Origin: an uncultured Granulosicoccaceae bacterium
Lineage (GTDB): Bacteria; Pseudomonadota; Gammaproteobacteria; Granulosicoccales; Granulosicoccaceae
Length of the DNA stretch: 64,000 nt
Reading direction: 5' to 3'
NCBI GenBank assembly: GCA_937951215.1
Contig: CALFCE010000205.1
Span: 51-64,050, forward strand
In this document: positions 7,027-15,266 of the stretch, in pieces
How positions within the stretch are numbered: the first letter of the stretch is position 1
Layout: every line of letters starts with the position of its first letter
Notes under the pieces: generated by a model
What the model saw: only the letters and a program-made list of their open reading frames with translations
Told to the model about the DNA's origin: nothing
The model's database searches: none
Made by a program: the position numbers and the translations under genes

Positions 7027-9315
7027 ATGGGTAATTTGAATGTATACGCAGTGGATGGGAAATCGGCCAAAAAGGAGGCACCAGGCAAGTCAGGAAAACA
7101 ATCTTCCAAACAGCAGACCAAAAAGATAACCACCGCCACACAAACCGCCACCCAGGCCACCGCCCAGGCAACAGGAGCAGCCTCAACCGCCCAGTCTCCG
7201 CTGGTGGGCATACCCCTGCAAGATGCCTCGCTGGATATTTGGGATAAAAAATACCGGCTTAAATCCAAGGAAGGCGAAAATGTCGACGCCTCTGTTGAAG
7301 ATACTTACCTGCGTGTAGCGGGTGCGATAGCACAAGTCGAAGCCGAGGCTGATCGAGACCACTGGATGCAGCAATTCGTCTGGGCCTTGCAGCAAGGGGC
7401 AATTCCTGCCGGCAGAATCACATCCAATGCGGGTGCACTGGATCACAAACCGGCGACCTCCACTATCAACTGTACTGTCTCTGGCACCATAACCGACTCT
7501 ATGGATGACATCCTGGGCAAGGTCCATGAAGCCGGGCTGACACTGAAAGCCGGTTGCGGCATCGGCTATGACTTTTCAACCCTCAGGCCCCGGGGAGCCT
7601 ATGTCTCGGGTGCTGGCGCCTACACATCAGGTCCGCTGTCCTTTATGGATATTTTCGACAAAATGTGTTTCACCGTGTCATCTGCAGGTGGCCGGCGTGG
7701 TGCGCAAATGGGTACTTTTGATGTGCGTCATCCAGACGTACTGGAGTTCATCAAGGCCAAGCGTGAGAACGGCCGTCTCCGACAATTCAATTTGTCTTTG
7801 CTGATCACAGAAGATTTTATTCAAGCGGTCAAGGCAGACGCACCCTGGCAGCTGGCATTTCCGATAAGAGAAAAGGAAATACAGGAAGAGAAACTTGATC
7901 TTAACGACAAGGACACTGTTGTCTGGCGCGACTGGCCAACCCAGCAGGATCTGGTTGCTGACGAAGAAGGTCTCGTTGCCTGCCGCATTTTCAAAACCAT
8001 CCCGGCCAGACGCCTGTGGGATCTGATCATGGCATCAACCTATGATTTCGCAGAGCCCGGATTCATTCTTATTGACAAGGTCAACGAGATGAACAACAAC
8101 TGGTTTGACGAAACCATTCGTGCGACCAACCCTTGCGGTGAACAACCACTTCCACCGTACGGTGCCTGCTTACTGGGTTCGGTAAACCTGACCCGCTTCG
8201 TCATTGACCCTTTCACCGACGAGGCTAGCTTTGACTGGCCACGGTTCAATAAAACCGTCGCCATCTTTACCCGTATGCTGGATAACGTTGTTGAAATAAA
8301 TGGCTTGCCACTTGCTCAACAGCAGCAGGAAATCGTTCGCAAGCGTCGTCATGGTATGGGATACCTTGGACTTGGTTCGACTCTGACCCTGCTCGGCATC
8401 AAATACGGTTCCGATGAATCGCTCGAGTTCACCGAAAATGTCACTCGCGAGCTGGCGATCACCGGATGGCGCACCGGCCTGGAACTTTCTCTCGAGAAAG
8501 GCCCGGCGCCGATTATGCAAGAAGAGTTTACAGTCACTGGTGCCATGTTGAGGCAGCGGCCGGAAATGGTCAGCGACGGTTACAAGGTTGGCGACACTGT
8601 TACCGGCAAGGTGCTACACGCCAAATACAGCCGCTACATGCAAAAAATAGCTGAAGTCGATGCTGATCTGGTTGAGTCACTGGCTCATCATGGCGCACGT
8701 TTTACGCACCATAGCTCGATTGCACCGACGGGCACTATTTCATTATCTCTGGCAAATAATGCCAGTAATGGCATTGAGCCGAGCTTTGCGCATCTGTATT
8801 CCCGCAATGTTATTAGAGAAGGCAAAAAGACCAAAGAGAAGGTAGACGTTCTGTCCTTTGAGTTACTCGCCTACCGTGAGCTGGTCAATTCACAGGCCAA
8901 GCCCTTTAGCGAAGAACCGGAAAACAGCTTGCCCGATTATTTTATTGCCGCGGATGATATCCGGCCCAGGGATCACGTTGCGGTACAGGCTGCCGCGCAA
9001 CGCTGGATTGATTCTTCGATTTCCAAAACCGCCAACGTACCGACTGATTTCCCGTTTGAAGAGTTCAAGGACATCTATCTGTATGCCTACGACCAGGGGC
9101 TCAAGGGTTGTACGACGTTCCGTTTTAATCCGGAAGCCTTTCAGGGAGTTCTGGTCAAGGAAGAAGACCTGGAAAACACCGAATACACCTTCACTCTCGA
9201 TGACGGCACAGAAGTGAATTGCAAAGGTAACGAAGAGATAGAGTATGACGGCGAAACCCATACCGCTGCCAACCTCTACGATGCATTGAAAGAAGGTTAC
9301 TACGGAAAGTTCTGA
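7027..9315 (+). CDS. nrdJ: class II (adenosylcobalamin-dependent) ribonucleotide reductase, large fragment NrdJa
   Basis: Active-site finger NPCGEQPLPPYGACLLGSVNL, TSNAGA, SSIAPTGTISL and KTANVP. It stops before the usual C-terminal domain, which is encoded by the next ORF. It has a K/Q/T-rich N-terminal extension of about 60 aa. Confidence 0.92.
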   Translation: MGNLNVYAVDGKSAKKEAPGKSGKQSSKQQTKKITTATQTATQATAQATGAASTAQSPLVGIPLQDASLDIWDKKYRLKSKEGENVDASVEDTYLRVAGAIAQVEAEADRDHWMQQFVWALQQGAIPAGRITSNAGALDHKPATSTINCTVSGTITDSMDDILGKVHEAGLTLKAGCGIGYDFSTLRPRGAYVSGAGAYTSGPLSFMDIFDKMCFTVSSAGGRRGAQMGTFDVRHPDVLEFIKAKRENGRLRQFNLSLLITEDFIQAVKADAPWQLAFPIREKEIQEEKLDLNDKDTVVWRDWPTQQDLVADEEGLVACRIFKTIPARRLWDLIMASTYDFAEPGFILIDKVNEMNNNWFDETIRATNPCGEQPLPPYGACLLGSVNLTRFVIDPFTDEASFDWPRFNKTVAIFTRMLDNVVEINGLPLAQQQQEIVRKRRHGMGYLGLGSTLTLLGIKYGSDESLEFTENVTRELAITGWRTGLELSLEKGPAPIMQEEFTVTGAMLRQRPEMVSDGYKVGDTVTGKVLHAKYSRYMQKIAEVDADLVESLAHHGARFTHHSSIAPTGTISLSLANNASNGIEPSFAHLYSRNVIREGKKTKEKVDVLSFELLAYRELVNSQAKPFSEEPENSLPDYFIAADDIRPRDHVAVQAAAQRWIDSSISKTANVPTDFPFEEFKDIYLYAYDQGLKGCTTFRFNPEAFQGVLVKEEDLENTEYTFTLDDGTEVNCKGNEEIEYDGETHTAANLYDALKEGYYGKF
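7132..7167 (+). repeat. in-frame 12-bp x3 tandem repeat in the nrdJa N-terminal extension
   Basis: ACCGCCACACAA, ACCGCCACCCAG, GCCACCGCCCAG, encoding TATQ TATQ ATAQ. Confidence 0.85.
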
Positions 9316-9339
9316 GGAAAGTTCTGGGGAAAGTTCTGA
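9304..9339 (+). repeat. 12-bp x3 tandem repeat spanning the nrdJa stop codon
   Basis: GGAAAGTTCTGA, GGAAAGTTCTGG, GGAAAGTTCTGA. This reads GKF* GKFW GKF*, and the first TGA (9313-9315) is the nrdJa stop. Confidence 0.92.
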
Positions 9340-9410
9340 GACAAGCCCTGATGCAGTTCGGGGTCAAACTGAGCTTCAGGTCAAACTAAAGTTATTTGAA
9401 GAGTAATACC

Positions 9411-10151
9411 ATGGCAATCAAGATAGAACGGAAAATCACCAACTACAGGGTTAACGAAAACGAGGTGGCCGGTCAGGAGTCAGCAGCTGAAAAAACAGCT
9501 GCTGTAGAGACCGACAATGTAATTCATATGCACGAAACGCTGCAAAGACCGGAAGAACTGATCGGCAGCACCTACAAACTCAAGGTGCCCGAGCATGTGT
9601 CCGAACATGCCATGTATATCACCATCAACGATATTGTACTTAACGAGGGCACCGAGCACGAACTCAGACGTCCGTTCGAAGTATTTATCAATACGAAAAA
9701 TCTGGATCACTTTCAATGGATTGTGGCACTCACCGTCATTATGTCTGCGGTGTTCCGGAAAGGTGGTGACATCACTTTTCTGGTAGATGAACTGCGCTCG
9801 GTGTTTGATCCCCGCGGCGGTTACTGGTCAAAAGGTAAATACAAGGCATCTATCATTGCCGAAATCGGTGATGTGATAGAGCGTCACCTGATCAAAATAG
9901 GGATGCTCAAGTCCATTGAGCTTGATAACTCTCAGCAGGATATGATCAACCAGAAACGCGAAGAGTTTGAACGTTCCCAAGGTCGCGATACGGCCCGCCG
10001 CTCTCCAGAGCAGGGTGCACAGGAAAACACTCCTCCCGATGATGGCTTCCCGACTGAAGCCGCGCAATGCAAAAAGTGTAATGCACGAGCGGCCATCATG
10101 ATGGACGGTTGTATTACTTGCCTCAGTTGTGGCGATTCCAAATGCGGCTAG
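9411..10151 (+). CDS. nrdJ: class II ribonucleotide reductase small fragment NrdJb (TSCPD-type C-terminal domain plus Cys-rich tail)
   Basis: STYKLKVP..AMYITINDIVLNEG...PFEVFINTKNLDHFQWIVALTVIMSAVFRKGGD is typical of the C-terminal domain of unsplit NrdJ. The C-terminal tail is CKKCN..GCITCLSCGDSKCG. I take the ATG at 9411, although the ORF opens at TTG 9396. Confidence 0.85.
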   Translation: MAIKIERKITNYRVNENEVAGQESAAEKTAAVETDNVIHMHETLQRPEELIGSTYKLKVPEHVSEHAMYITINDIVLNEGTEHELRRPFEVFINTKNLDHFQWIVALTVIMSAVFRKGGDITFLVDELRSVFDPRGGYWSKGKYKASIIAEIGDVIERHLIKIGMLKSIELDNSQQDMINQKREEFERSQGRDTARRSPEQGAQENTPPDDGFPTEAAQCKKCNARAAIMMDGCITCLSCGDSKCG

Positions 10152-10172
10152 AAAATAAAGGCTGACCCGAAC

Positions 10173-10421
10173 ATGAAATGTAACCGCTGTGGTACCCACA
10201 TGTATGTCAATCGTTCCGAAACATCAGTGGGCTCTAGTACCCGTTGGCATAAATGCCCTCTTTGCAATACGGTCCGGCTCACCAGCACCCCCATCTACAA
10301 CCCGGTCACCACACCGCTGACTGCTGAACCCTACCCTCTTTCGCTACAGGCAGATGCACACTCCGCAGAGGGTTTGTACCCTGACACCATGGGCCACGAA
10401 CTTGAGCTGACAGAAGCCTGA
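10173..10421 (+). CDS. small zinc-ribbon protein (82 aa), NrdR-N-terminus-like, no ATP-cone
   Basis: CxxC-x21-CxxC (MKCNRCG...SVGSSTRWHKCPLCNTVRLTS). It starts 22 nt after the nrdJb stop on the same strand. Confidence 0.55.
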   Translation: MKCNRCGTHMYVNRSETSVGSSTRWHKCPLCNTVRLTSTPIYNPVTTPLTAEPYPLSLQADAHSAEGLYPDTMGHELELTEA

Positions 10422-10460
10422 AGTTTCACCCAGACCGGAAGCAACATGTATAATTGACCG

Positions 10461-10757
10461 ATGAGTGAATTACAGCTTTCTGCACAATTGGTGCAACAGG
10501 TCCGAAAAGTTCTGCAAGAACACGATGAAGCGGCACAAGATCCAGGTGTGGCATCACAATACCTGTGTGCCGTCACCGGTTTTTTGCTTGGCCAGCAAGA
10601 CATGCCTTCAGACCAGAAAGCCGAGCTACATGACCAACTCGCCGCATTTATGCTGCATGTTATGCAAGATGTCGATCAGCAACGACAACAGCCTGCAGCA
10701 CCCGCAGCTCCACCACCACAACAGGCTTTTGGTATCTGGAAACCGGGCATGTCCTGA
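10461..10757 (+). CDS. hypothetical protein (98 aa) with a Q/P/A-rich C-terminus
   Basis: The ORF has helical acidic composition. The overlapping alternative frame 10465-10818 is C/H/N-rich and less protein-like. Confidence 0.45.
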   Translation: MSELQLSAQLVQQVRKVLQEHDEAAQDPGVASQYLCAVTGFLLGQQDMPSDQKAELHDQLAAFMLHVMQDVDQQRQQPAAPAAPPPQQAFGIWKPGMS

Positions 10758-10835
10758 TTACCACCGGCATTATTCCCCAGCACTATCCCCCTGCATTATA
10801 TACGGGACAAACCACTAACTATTCATGAGAACAGC

Positions 10836-11114
10836 ATGGCTCAAGCATCCGCAAGACATATCCTGGTAGAAACAGAAGAACAGTGTAATCAATTGGTTAC
10901 TGACTTACAGGGCGGAGGTGATTTTGCAGCCCTTGCAAAGTCACATTCAAAATGCCCTTCAGGCGCGCAAGGTGGGGATCTCGGCAGCTTTGGACCCGGC
11001 CAAATGGTCAAGGAGTTCGACGATGCTGTTTTTAATGGCGAAGTAGGTGCAGTTCAAGGCCCTATAAAAACTCAATTCGGGTACCACGTATTGCAGGTTA
11101 CCGAGCGTAGTTAA
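10836..11114 (+). CDS. ppiC: peptidyl-prolyl cis-trans isomerase C (parvulin)
   Basis: 92 aa. Motifs ARHILV...FAALAKSHSKCPSGAQGGDLGSFGPGQMVKEFD...TQFGYHVLQV. Confidence 0.93.
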   Translation: MAQASARHILVETEEQCNQLVTDLQGGGDFAALAKSHSKCPSGAQGGDLGSFGPGQMVKEFDDAVFNGEVGAVQGPIKTQFGYHVLQVTERS

Positions 11115-11135
11115 GCCAGTTTATCGACAACTTTC

Positions 11136-11165
11136 GAGAACGGCGGCAATCGGCGTTCTCGTTTT
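11136..11165. terminator. hairpin between convergent ppiC and bolA
   Basis: GAGAACG-N11-CGTTCTC followed by GTTTTA. Confidence 0.45.
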
Positions 11166-11493
11166 AACCACCGGCACGACCATCACCGCCAAGGCAATCA
11201 GGGGTTTCACCAACAACGCCGTTCTTTTTTAACCATTCATCTGGCGTGTGGGTCTGCAAAGACAGCGCATGCACCCCGGCAGCCAACTGCTCTGCCAACA
11301 ATTTATTGATGATCCTGTGCCTTGCCACCAGCGATTGCTCAATAAACTGCTCACTCACCACAACCAGCTTGAAATGAGTCTCGGAGTTGGGTGGAACATT
11401 ATGTTTATCGCTTTCATTAATCACCTGCAACTCTGTTGGAGCCAGGTTTTCACGGATGATCGATTCTATGGTGGTGGCCGTCTGCATAAACAC
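11164..11493 (-). CDS. bolA: BolA-family protein
   Basis: LQVINESDKHNVPPNSETHFKLVVVSEQF...RHRIINKLL...VHALSLQTHTPDEW and a C-terminal PDCLGG, as in E. coli BolA. The start is GTG 11493 or ATG 11487. Confidence 0.88.
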   Translation of the reverse strand: MFMQTATTIESIIRENLAPTELQVINESDKHNVPPNSETHFKLVVVSEQFIEQSLVARHRIINKLLAEQLAAGVHALSLQTHTPDEWLKKNGVVGETPDCLGGDGRAGG

Positions 11494-11522
11494 AGTTTAT
11501 CGGTAAATCAGTATTGAAAACA

Positions 11523-11554
11523 CAAAAAAAAGCCCCTCGGAAGAGGGGCTTTTA
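11523..11554 (-). terminator. rho-independent terminator of the porin gene
   Basis: Stem AGCCCCTC-GGAA-GAGGGGCT. On the minus strand it is followed by a T8 run. Confidence 0.85.
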
Positions 11555-11579
11555 GTATTACAGCATTTGTAATTGGTTT

Positions 11580-12515
11580 TTAGAACGATTTGGTCAGCAT
11601 AACGCGGTAGTCGGTTACGCCTTCGCCTTGATCAGGCTCGGTTGAGTTCAGACGGAAGCTTGCGTCCATTCCGCCACCCAGGCCGTAACCTGCATCTATA
11701 CGAAATTTTGCATCGTCTTCATTCACGTCACCGGTGAATACTTCATAGGTGAGAGCCAGAGAGACACCAGCTATTCCGTAACCCACTTTTACACCAAGGG
11801 TTTCTTGATCGTTATCGAAGTCCTTGAAAGCAACAGCAACGGAAGCTCCTGCGAAACTGAATGAAGCACCCGCTGAAGTGGCGGTGTCACCATCGATGTC
11901 TGCGCCACCGATACCGATTGCAAATCCACCCAGGCTGAATTTGATACCAGCTGCAGTCTTGTCACTGTTGTTCTGTGGAGACCAGTTCAGACCCAGTGCA
12001 ACCGGACCGAAAGTACCGGTGTAGCTGATACCAGCGTTTTCACCACCGATATCTGTCAGGATATCACCGGCTACCTGACCGTATTCACTGGCATCAGGTA
12101 CTTCACCAACACGGATGTCACCGAAACCACCTTTGATACCAACCCAAACGTTGTCACCAGCCGGGGTTGAACCGGTCAGCGCACTATCCAGACGGTAGTT
12201 ACCATATGCAGTCAGACCGCTGTTCATGGTGTGTGAAGCAGAGATATTCAGTGTGGAATCATCACCGTTCAGGGTTGGGTCACCGGGGCGCACTTCAGGG
12301 GTTGCTGCAACTGCTTCTGAGACAATAGTCAGTTCGCCAGTTGCTGGGTCAATTGTCGCGATTGCTGGTGAAGCAGGAACCGGATCGACATCATCGGCAT
12401 CGCTCATGTCCAACTTGATAGCCACCTGGCCAGACAAGGTAACGTCTGCCATGGCAACTGGTGCAACAGCAATACCTGCGATTGCTACTGCCACTGCGGT
12501 CTTTGTGAATTTCAT
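11580..12515 (-). CDS. outer-membrane porin (Gram-negative porin family)
   Basis: Signal peptide MKFTKTAVAVAIAGIAVAPVAMA, alternating beta-strand pattern rich in G/D/Y, and a C-terminal ...YRVMLTKSF ending in Phe. Confidence 0.85.
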   Translation of the reverse strand: MKFTKTAVAVAIAGIAVAPVAMADVTLSGQVAIKLDMSDADDVDPVPASPAIATIDPATGELTIVSEAVAATPEVRPGDPTLNGDDSTLNISASHTMNSGLTAYGNYRLDSALTGSTPAGDNVWVGIKGGFGDIRVGEVPDASEYGQVAGDILTDIGGENAGISYTGTFGPVALGLNWSPQNNSDKTAAGIKFSLGGFAIGIGGADIDGDTATSAGASFSFAGASVAVAFKDFDNDQETLGVKVGYGIAGVSLALTYEVFTGDVNEDDAKFRIDAGYGLGGGMDASFRLNSTEPDQGEGVTDYRVMLTKSF

Positions 12516-12962
12516 TATTTATTCTCCAATCAGATATTTGCTGTTTTACAGAGTGTCGCTGAGTGTTTCTTTTAGGAACTTTAGTCTGCGTGTCTGAATA
12601 ATGCAACAGTCTATAACATTTTTGCAAGACTCAGAGGCGCAGCCACCTAAAACACCTGAATAAGTGTAGACAATAACTGCACAAGTGCCAAAAATATTCG
12701 CAATAAATCAGGGTTTCAAGGAAATAGTGGTTTTTTTGCCACAAACAGTCGGCTAAAACCTGAGTATTACTGAAAGGAAAGCTGAGCTGAGCAAAAATGC
12801 ACAAAGCTGTTGTAAACTTGACACACGGGTAACAATGAAGATATTTTTGAAGTGTTTTTCTTTGGATGGCCGATTCTGGTCGGGTTTCCTGCGCTTGATC
12901 TGCTGGAGTAGGCCGTGCAATCACAGCTGGCAATCATTGCCAGCACTCATATGACGGGTACC

Positions 12963-12991
12963 CAAATAAACCGGTATCAAATAACCGGGGA
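12963..12991. repeat. imperfect 15/14-bp x2 direct repeat just downstream of minE
   Basis: CAAATAAACCGGTAT followed by CAAATAACCGGGGA. Confidence 0.6.
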
Positions 12992-12997
12992 TTGTTC

Positions 12998-13396
12998 TCA
13001 GACTACCTTGTTCCCACCGCGACTACGTTTTTTATCTTGTTTCTTGCTTGCTGCTGCCACCTGAGCCGCCCGTGTCTGGTTGGCCTTGGTTCGAGCTGAA
13101 CGGCTGCGAGCGCTGGCCTTGGTCCGGCTCCCACTGTCAGACGTGTCCTCCGGCAGGGTAATGTTCAGTTCAAGCACTTCACAGTCATCTTGTGAATCCA
13201 GCTGCACAACAACCTGCTCCTCTCCGATATCGACATACTTTTTGATGACAGCCAGAATGTCCTTCTTCAATAGTGGCAGATAGTCCGGCCCATCACGATC
13301 AGTACGCTCGTGTGCGATCAGGACTTGCAGCCGGTCCTTGGCAGTCACGGCACTGCTGTCCTTGGGACGGCTTCGAAAGAAATTGAATATGCCCAT
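12998..13396 (-). CDS. minE: cell-division topological specificity factor MinE with a basic C-terminal tail of about 45 aa
   Basis: MGIFNFFRSR...AKDRLQVLIAHER...LKKDILAVIKKYV...VLELNITLP is canonical MinE (about 88 aa). It is followed by SGSRTKASARSRSARTKANQTRAAQVAAASKKQDKKRSRGGNKVV. Confidence 0.9.
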   Translation of the reverse strand: MGIFNFFRSRPKDSSAVTAKDRLQVLIAHERTDRDGPDYLPLLKKDILAVIKKYVDIGEEQVVVQLDSQDDCEVLELNITLPEDTSDSGSRTKASARSRSARTKANQTRAAQVAAASKKQDKKRSRGGNKVV

Positions 13397-13402
13397 AGCG
13401 CG

Positions 13403-14212
13403 TTACCCGAATAGTCTTGCGAGAAAACCTTTCTTGCGGGTTTCCATAAAGCGATGAGGTTTGTCTTCTCCGAGCAGACGGTCAATGGCATCACTGTAGG
13501 CCTGCCCTGCCTCACTCTCCTCCTCGAGAATGACGGGCTTACCCGCATTCGATGAATCCAGCACGCTCGGGGATTCCGGAATGATGCCGAGAAGCGGGAT
13601 AGCCAGCAATTCAACAATATCGTCGACACTCAACATCTGCCCTTCCTTGACGCGCCCCGGGTTATAGCGTGTGATCAACAAGTGCTCTTTTACCGGGTCC
13701 TCATTCATTTTTGCCCGTTTTGATTCACTCTGCAAAATACCGAGGATGCGATCAGAATCCCGTACCGAAGAAACTTCAGGGTTCGTCGTTATGATCGCTT
13801 CATCGGCGAAATACAAGGCCATTTTTGCGCCCTTTTCAATGCCGGCCGGCGAATCACAGATAATGTAATCAAATTCGCTTTTTTTAAGCTTGTGCATGAC
13901 GCGCGCGATGCCTTCGATGGTCAGTGCATCCTTGTCCCTTGTTTGAGACGCCGGGAGGATGTACAAATTCTCGACTCTTTTGTCCTTGATCAGGGTTTGG
14001 TGCAGACTGGATTCCTGGTTTACCAGGTTAACCAGATCATAAACAACTCTTCTTTCACACCCCATGATCAGGTCAAGGTTGCGCAGGCCAACGTCAAAAT
14101 CAATGACAACAGTTTTATAACCCTTGCGGGCAAGGCCGGTAGCAATCGAAGCACTGGTGGTTGTTTTGCCAACACCCCCTTTGCCGGATGTCACAACGAT
14201 CGTCTTGGTCAA
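13403..14212 (-). CDS. minD: septum site-determining ATPase MinD
   Basis: Deviant Walker A TSGKGGVGKTT. I take the TTG at 14212, which lies 7 nt after the GGGAG SD and gives 269 aa like E. coli MinD. The ORF opens at 14242. Confidence 0.93.
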   Translation of the reverse strand: MTKTIVVTSGKGGVGKTTTSASIATGLARKGYKTVVIDFDVGLRNLDLIMGCERRVVYDLVNLVNQESSLHQTLIKDKRVENLYILPASQTRDKDALTIEGIARVMHKLKKSEFDYIICDSPAGIEKGAKMALYFADEAIITTNPEVSSVRDSDRILGILQSESKRAKMNEDPVKEHLLITRYNPGRVKEGQMLSVDDIVELLAIPLLGIIPESPSVLDSSNAGKPVILEEESEAGQAYSDAIDRLLGEDKPHRFMETRKKGFLARLFG

Positions 14213-14318
14213 TCTATCACTCCCAATGTCTAAAGGTGACACGTTTTTCGTGCACCCGGTTCTGTTTACTCTTGTTTTGATCCTTCAAAGGAACCCTGAC
14301 TCGAGTCGAATAAATCGA

Positions 14319-15266
14319 CTAAAGCGGGTCTATATTGATGCGCCCTTCCTGGTACCAGATCTGAGCCGGTTTGCCGCGCAATTCTTCCGGGATTTCTTCC
14401 AATACTTTGTAATTGCCAGCCACTGAGACCAATTCTGCTTCCAGTGACTGACAGAAAATTCGGCTTTCAGTGTTGCCGGTGACGCCACAAAGCGCTCGTC
14501 CCCGCAACGGACCATACACGTGAACATTGTTATCAGCGATAATCTCGGCGCCAGGCCCGACATGCGCCATCACGATCAAATCAGCATCCCTGGCGTACAG
14601 CTGCTGACCCGAGCGAACCGGCCTCGACACCATCATCGGCCGGGCTGGGACATATTCCACCGACTTACCCAGGCCCAGACTTTTATCCAGTGTGGAATCG
14701 AGACTCACAGCGTCGACGGTGTTGCTGTCGGCCGCTCCAGTTGATCCGGCCTCCCCTTTCTTGGAGCTGTCTTGCTGATCATCGCCAGAGACCCCGTTCT
14801 TTGAAACCTTGCCACCAGAGATCTTGCCACCAGAGACCAGAGAGGGTTTATGCCCGGAGCCTGCGTCGTGCTTGTCAGTGTCTATTCGGGTATCCGCTGC
14901 GGCTGATCTGGCTGATTTGTCCCTGTTGGCCGCAGCAGGGTTGATAGAAGAGGAGCGCTTGGTGGTTTCTACCAACGGTAACTCGATTGCCGTCGCCACC
15001 GGCGATTGTTTGTCGACAACGCTCGCCAGAACGGGAACCAGCTTGTGGCCCCGGATCTTTTCAAGCAGCAGGACGGGGTCGAACTCACTGTTGCCTTCAA
15101 TCTCGGACAAATCGACAACGACCGGGGTTTGGCTGAAAAATCCTGGAGCCTGCTGCACCTTGTCGGCAAGACTATTGTCGATGTCGGCGATATTACTGGA
15201 ATGCAGCCGCAGTGACATCAGTGTGTACATGCCGCCTTTCAACTCTACAACTGCGTTGCTGGACAA
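14319..15266 (-). CDS. minC: septum site-determining protein MinC with a long S/G/D/K-rich interdomain linker
   Basis: The N-terminal domain is FELKG-like (VVELKGGMYTLMSLRL). The C-terminal beta-helix reads VRSGQQLYARDADLIVMAHVGPGAEIIADNNVHVYGPLRGRALCG. It forms minCDE with the two downstream genes. Confidence 0.88.
   Translation of the reverse strand: MSSNAVVELKGGMYTLMSLRLHSSNIADIDNSLADKVQQAPGFFSQTPVVVDLSEIEGNSEFDPVLLLEKIRGHKLVPVLASVVDKQSPVATAIELPLVETTKRSSSINPAAANRDKSARSAAADTRIDTDKHDAGSGHKPSLVSGGKISGGKVSKNGVSGDDQQDSSKKGEAGSTGAADSNTVDAVSLDSTLDKSLGLGKSVEYVPARPMMVSRPVRSGQQLYARDADLIVMAHVGPGAEIIADNNVHVYGPLRGRALCGVTGNTESRIFCQSLEAELVSVAGNYKVLEEIPEELRGKPAQIWYQEGRINIDPL

Noticed and set aside
6927-7268. 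113-aa minus-strand ORF overlapping the nrdJa start
   Set aside because: It is antisense to the NrdJa low-complexity N-terminus and covers the NrdR box region. It shows no coding signal.
10465-10818. 117-aa alternative frame overlapping ORF 10461-10757
   Set aside because: Its translation is C/H/N/S-rich and it runs through the spacer before ppiC. The +1 neighbour, with helical acidic composition, is the more plausible gene. Neither frame is certain.
12631-12933. 100-aa minus-strand ORF in the 480-bp region between minE and the porin gene
   Set aside because: Its composition is Cys/Phe/Trp/Leu-rich. It has no SD, and it sits where the porin promoter and leader should be. I treat it as non-coding.
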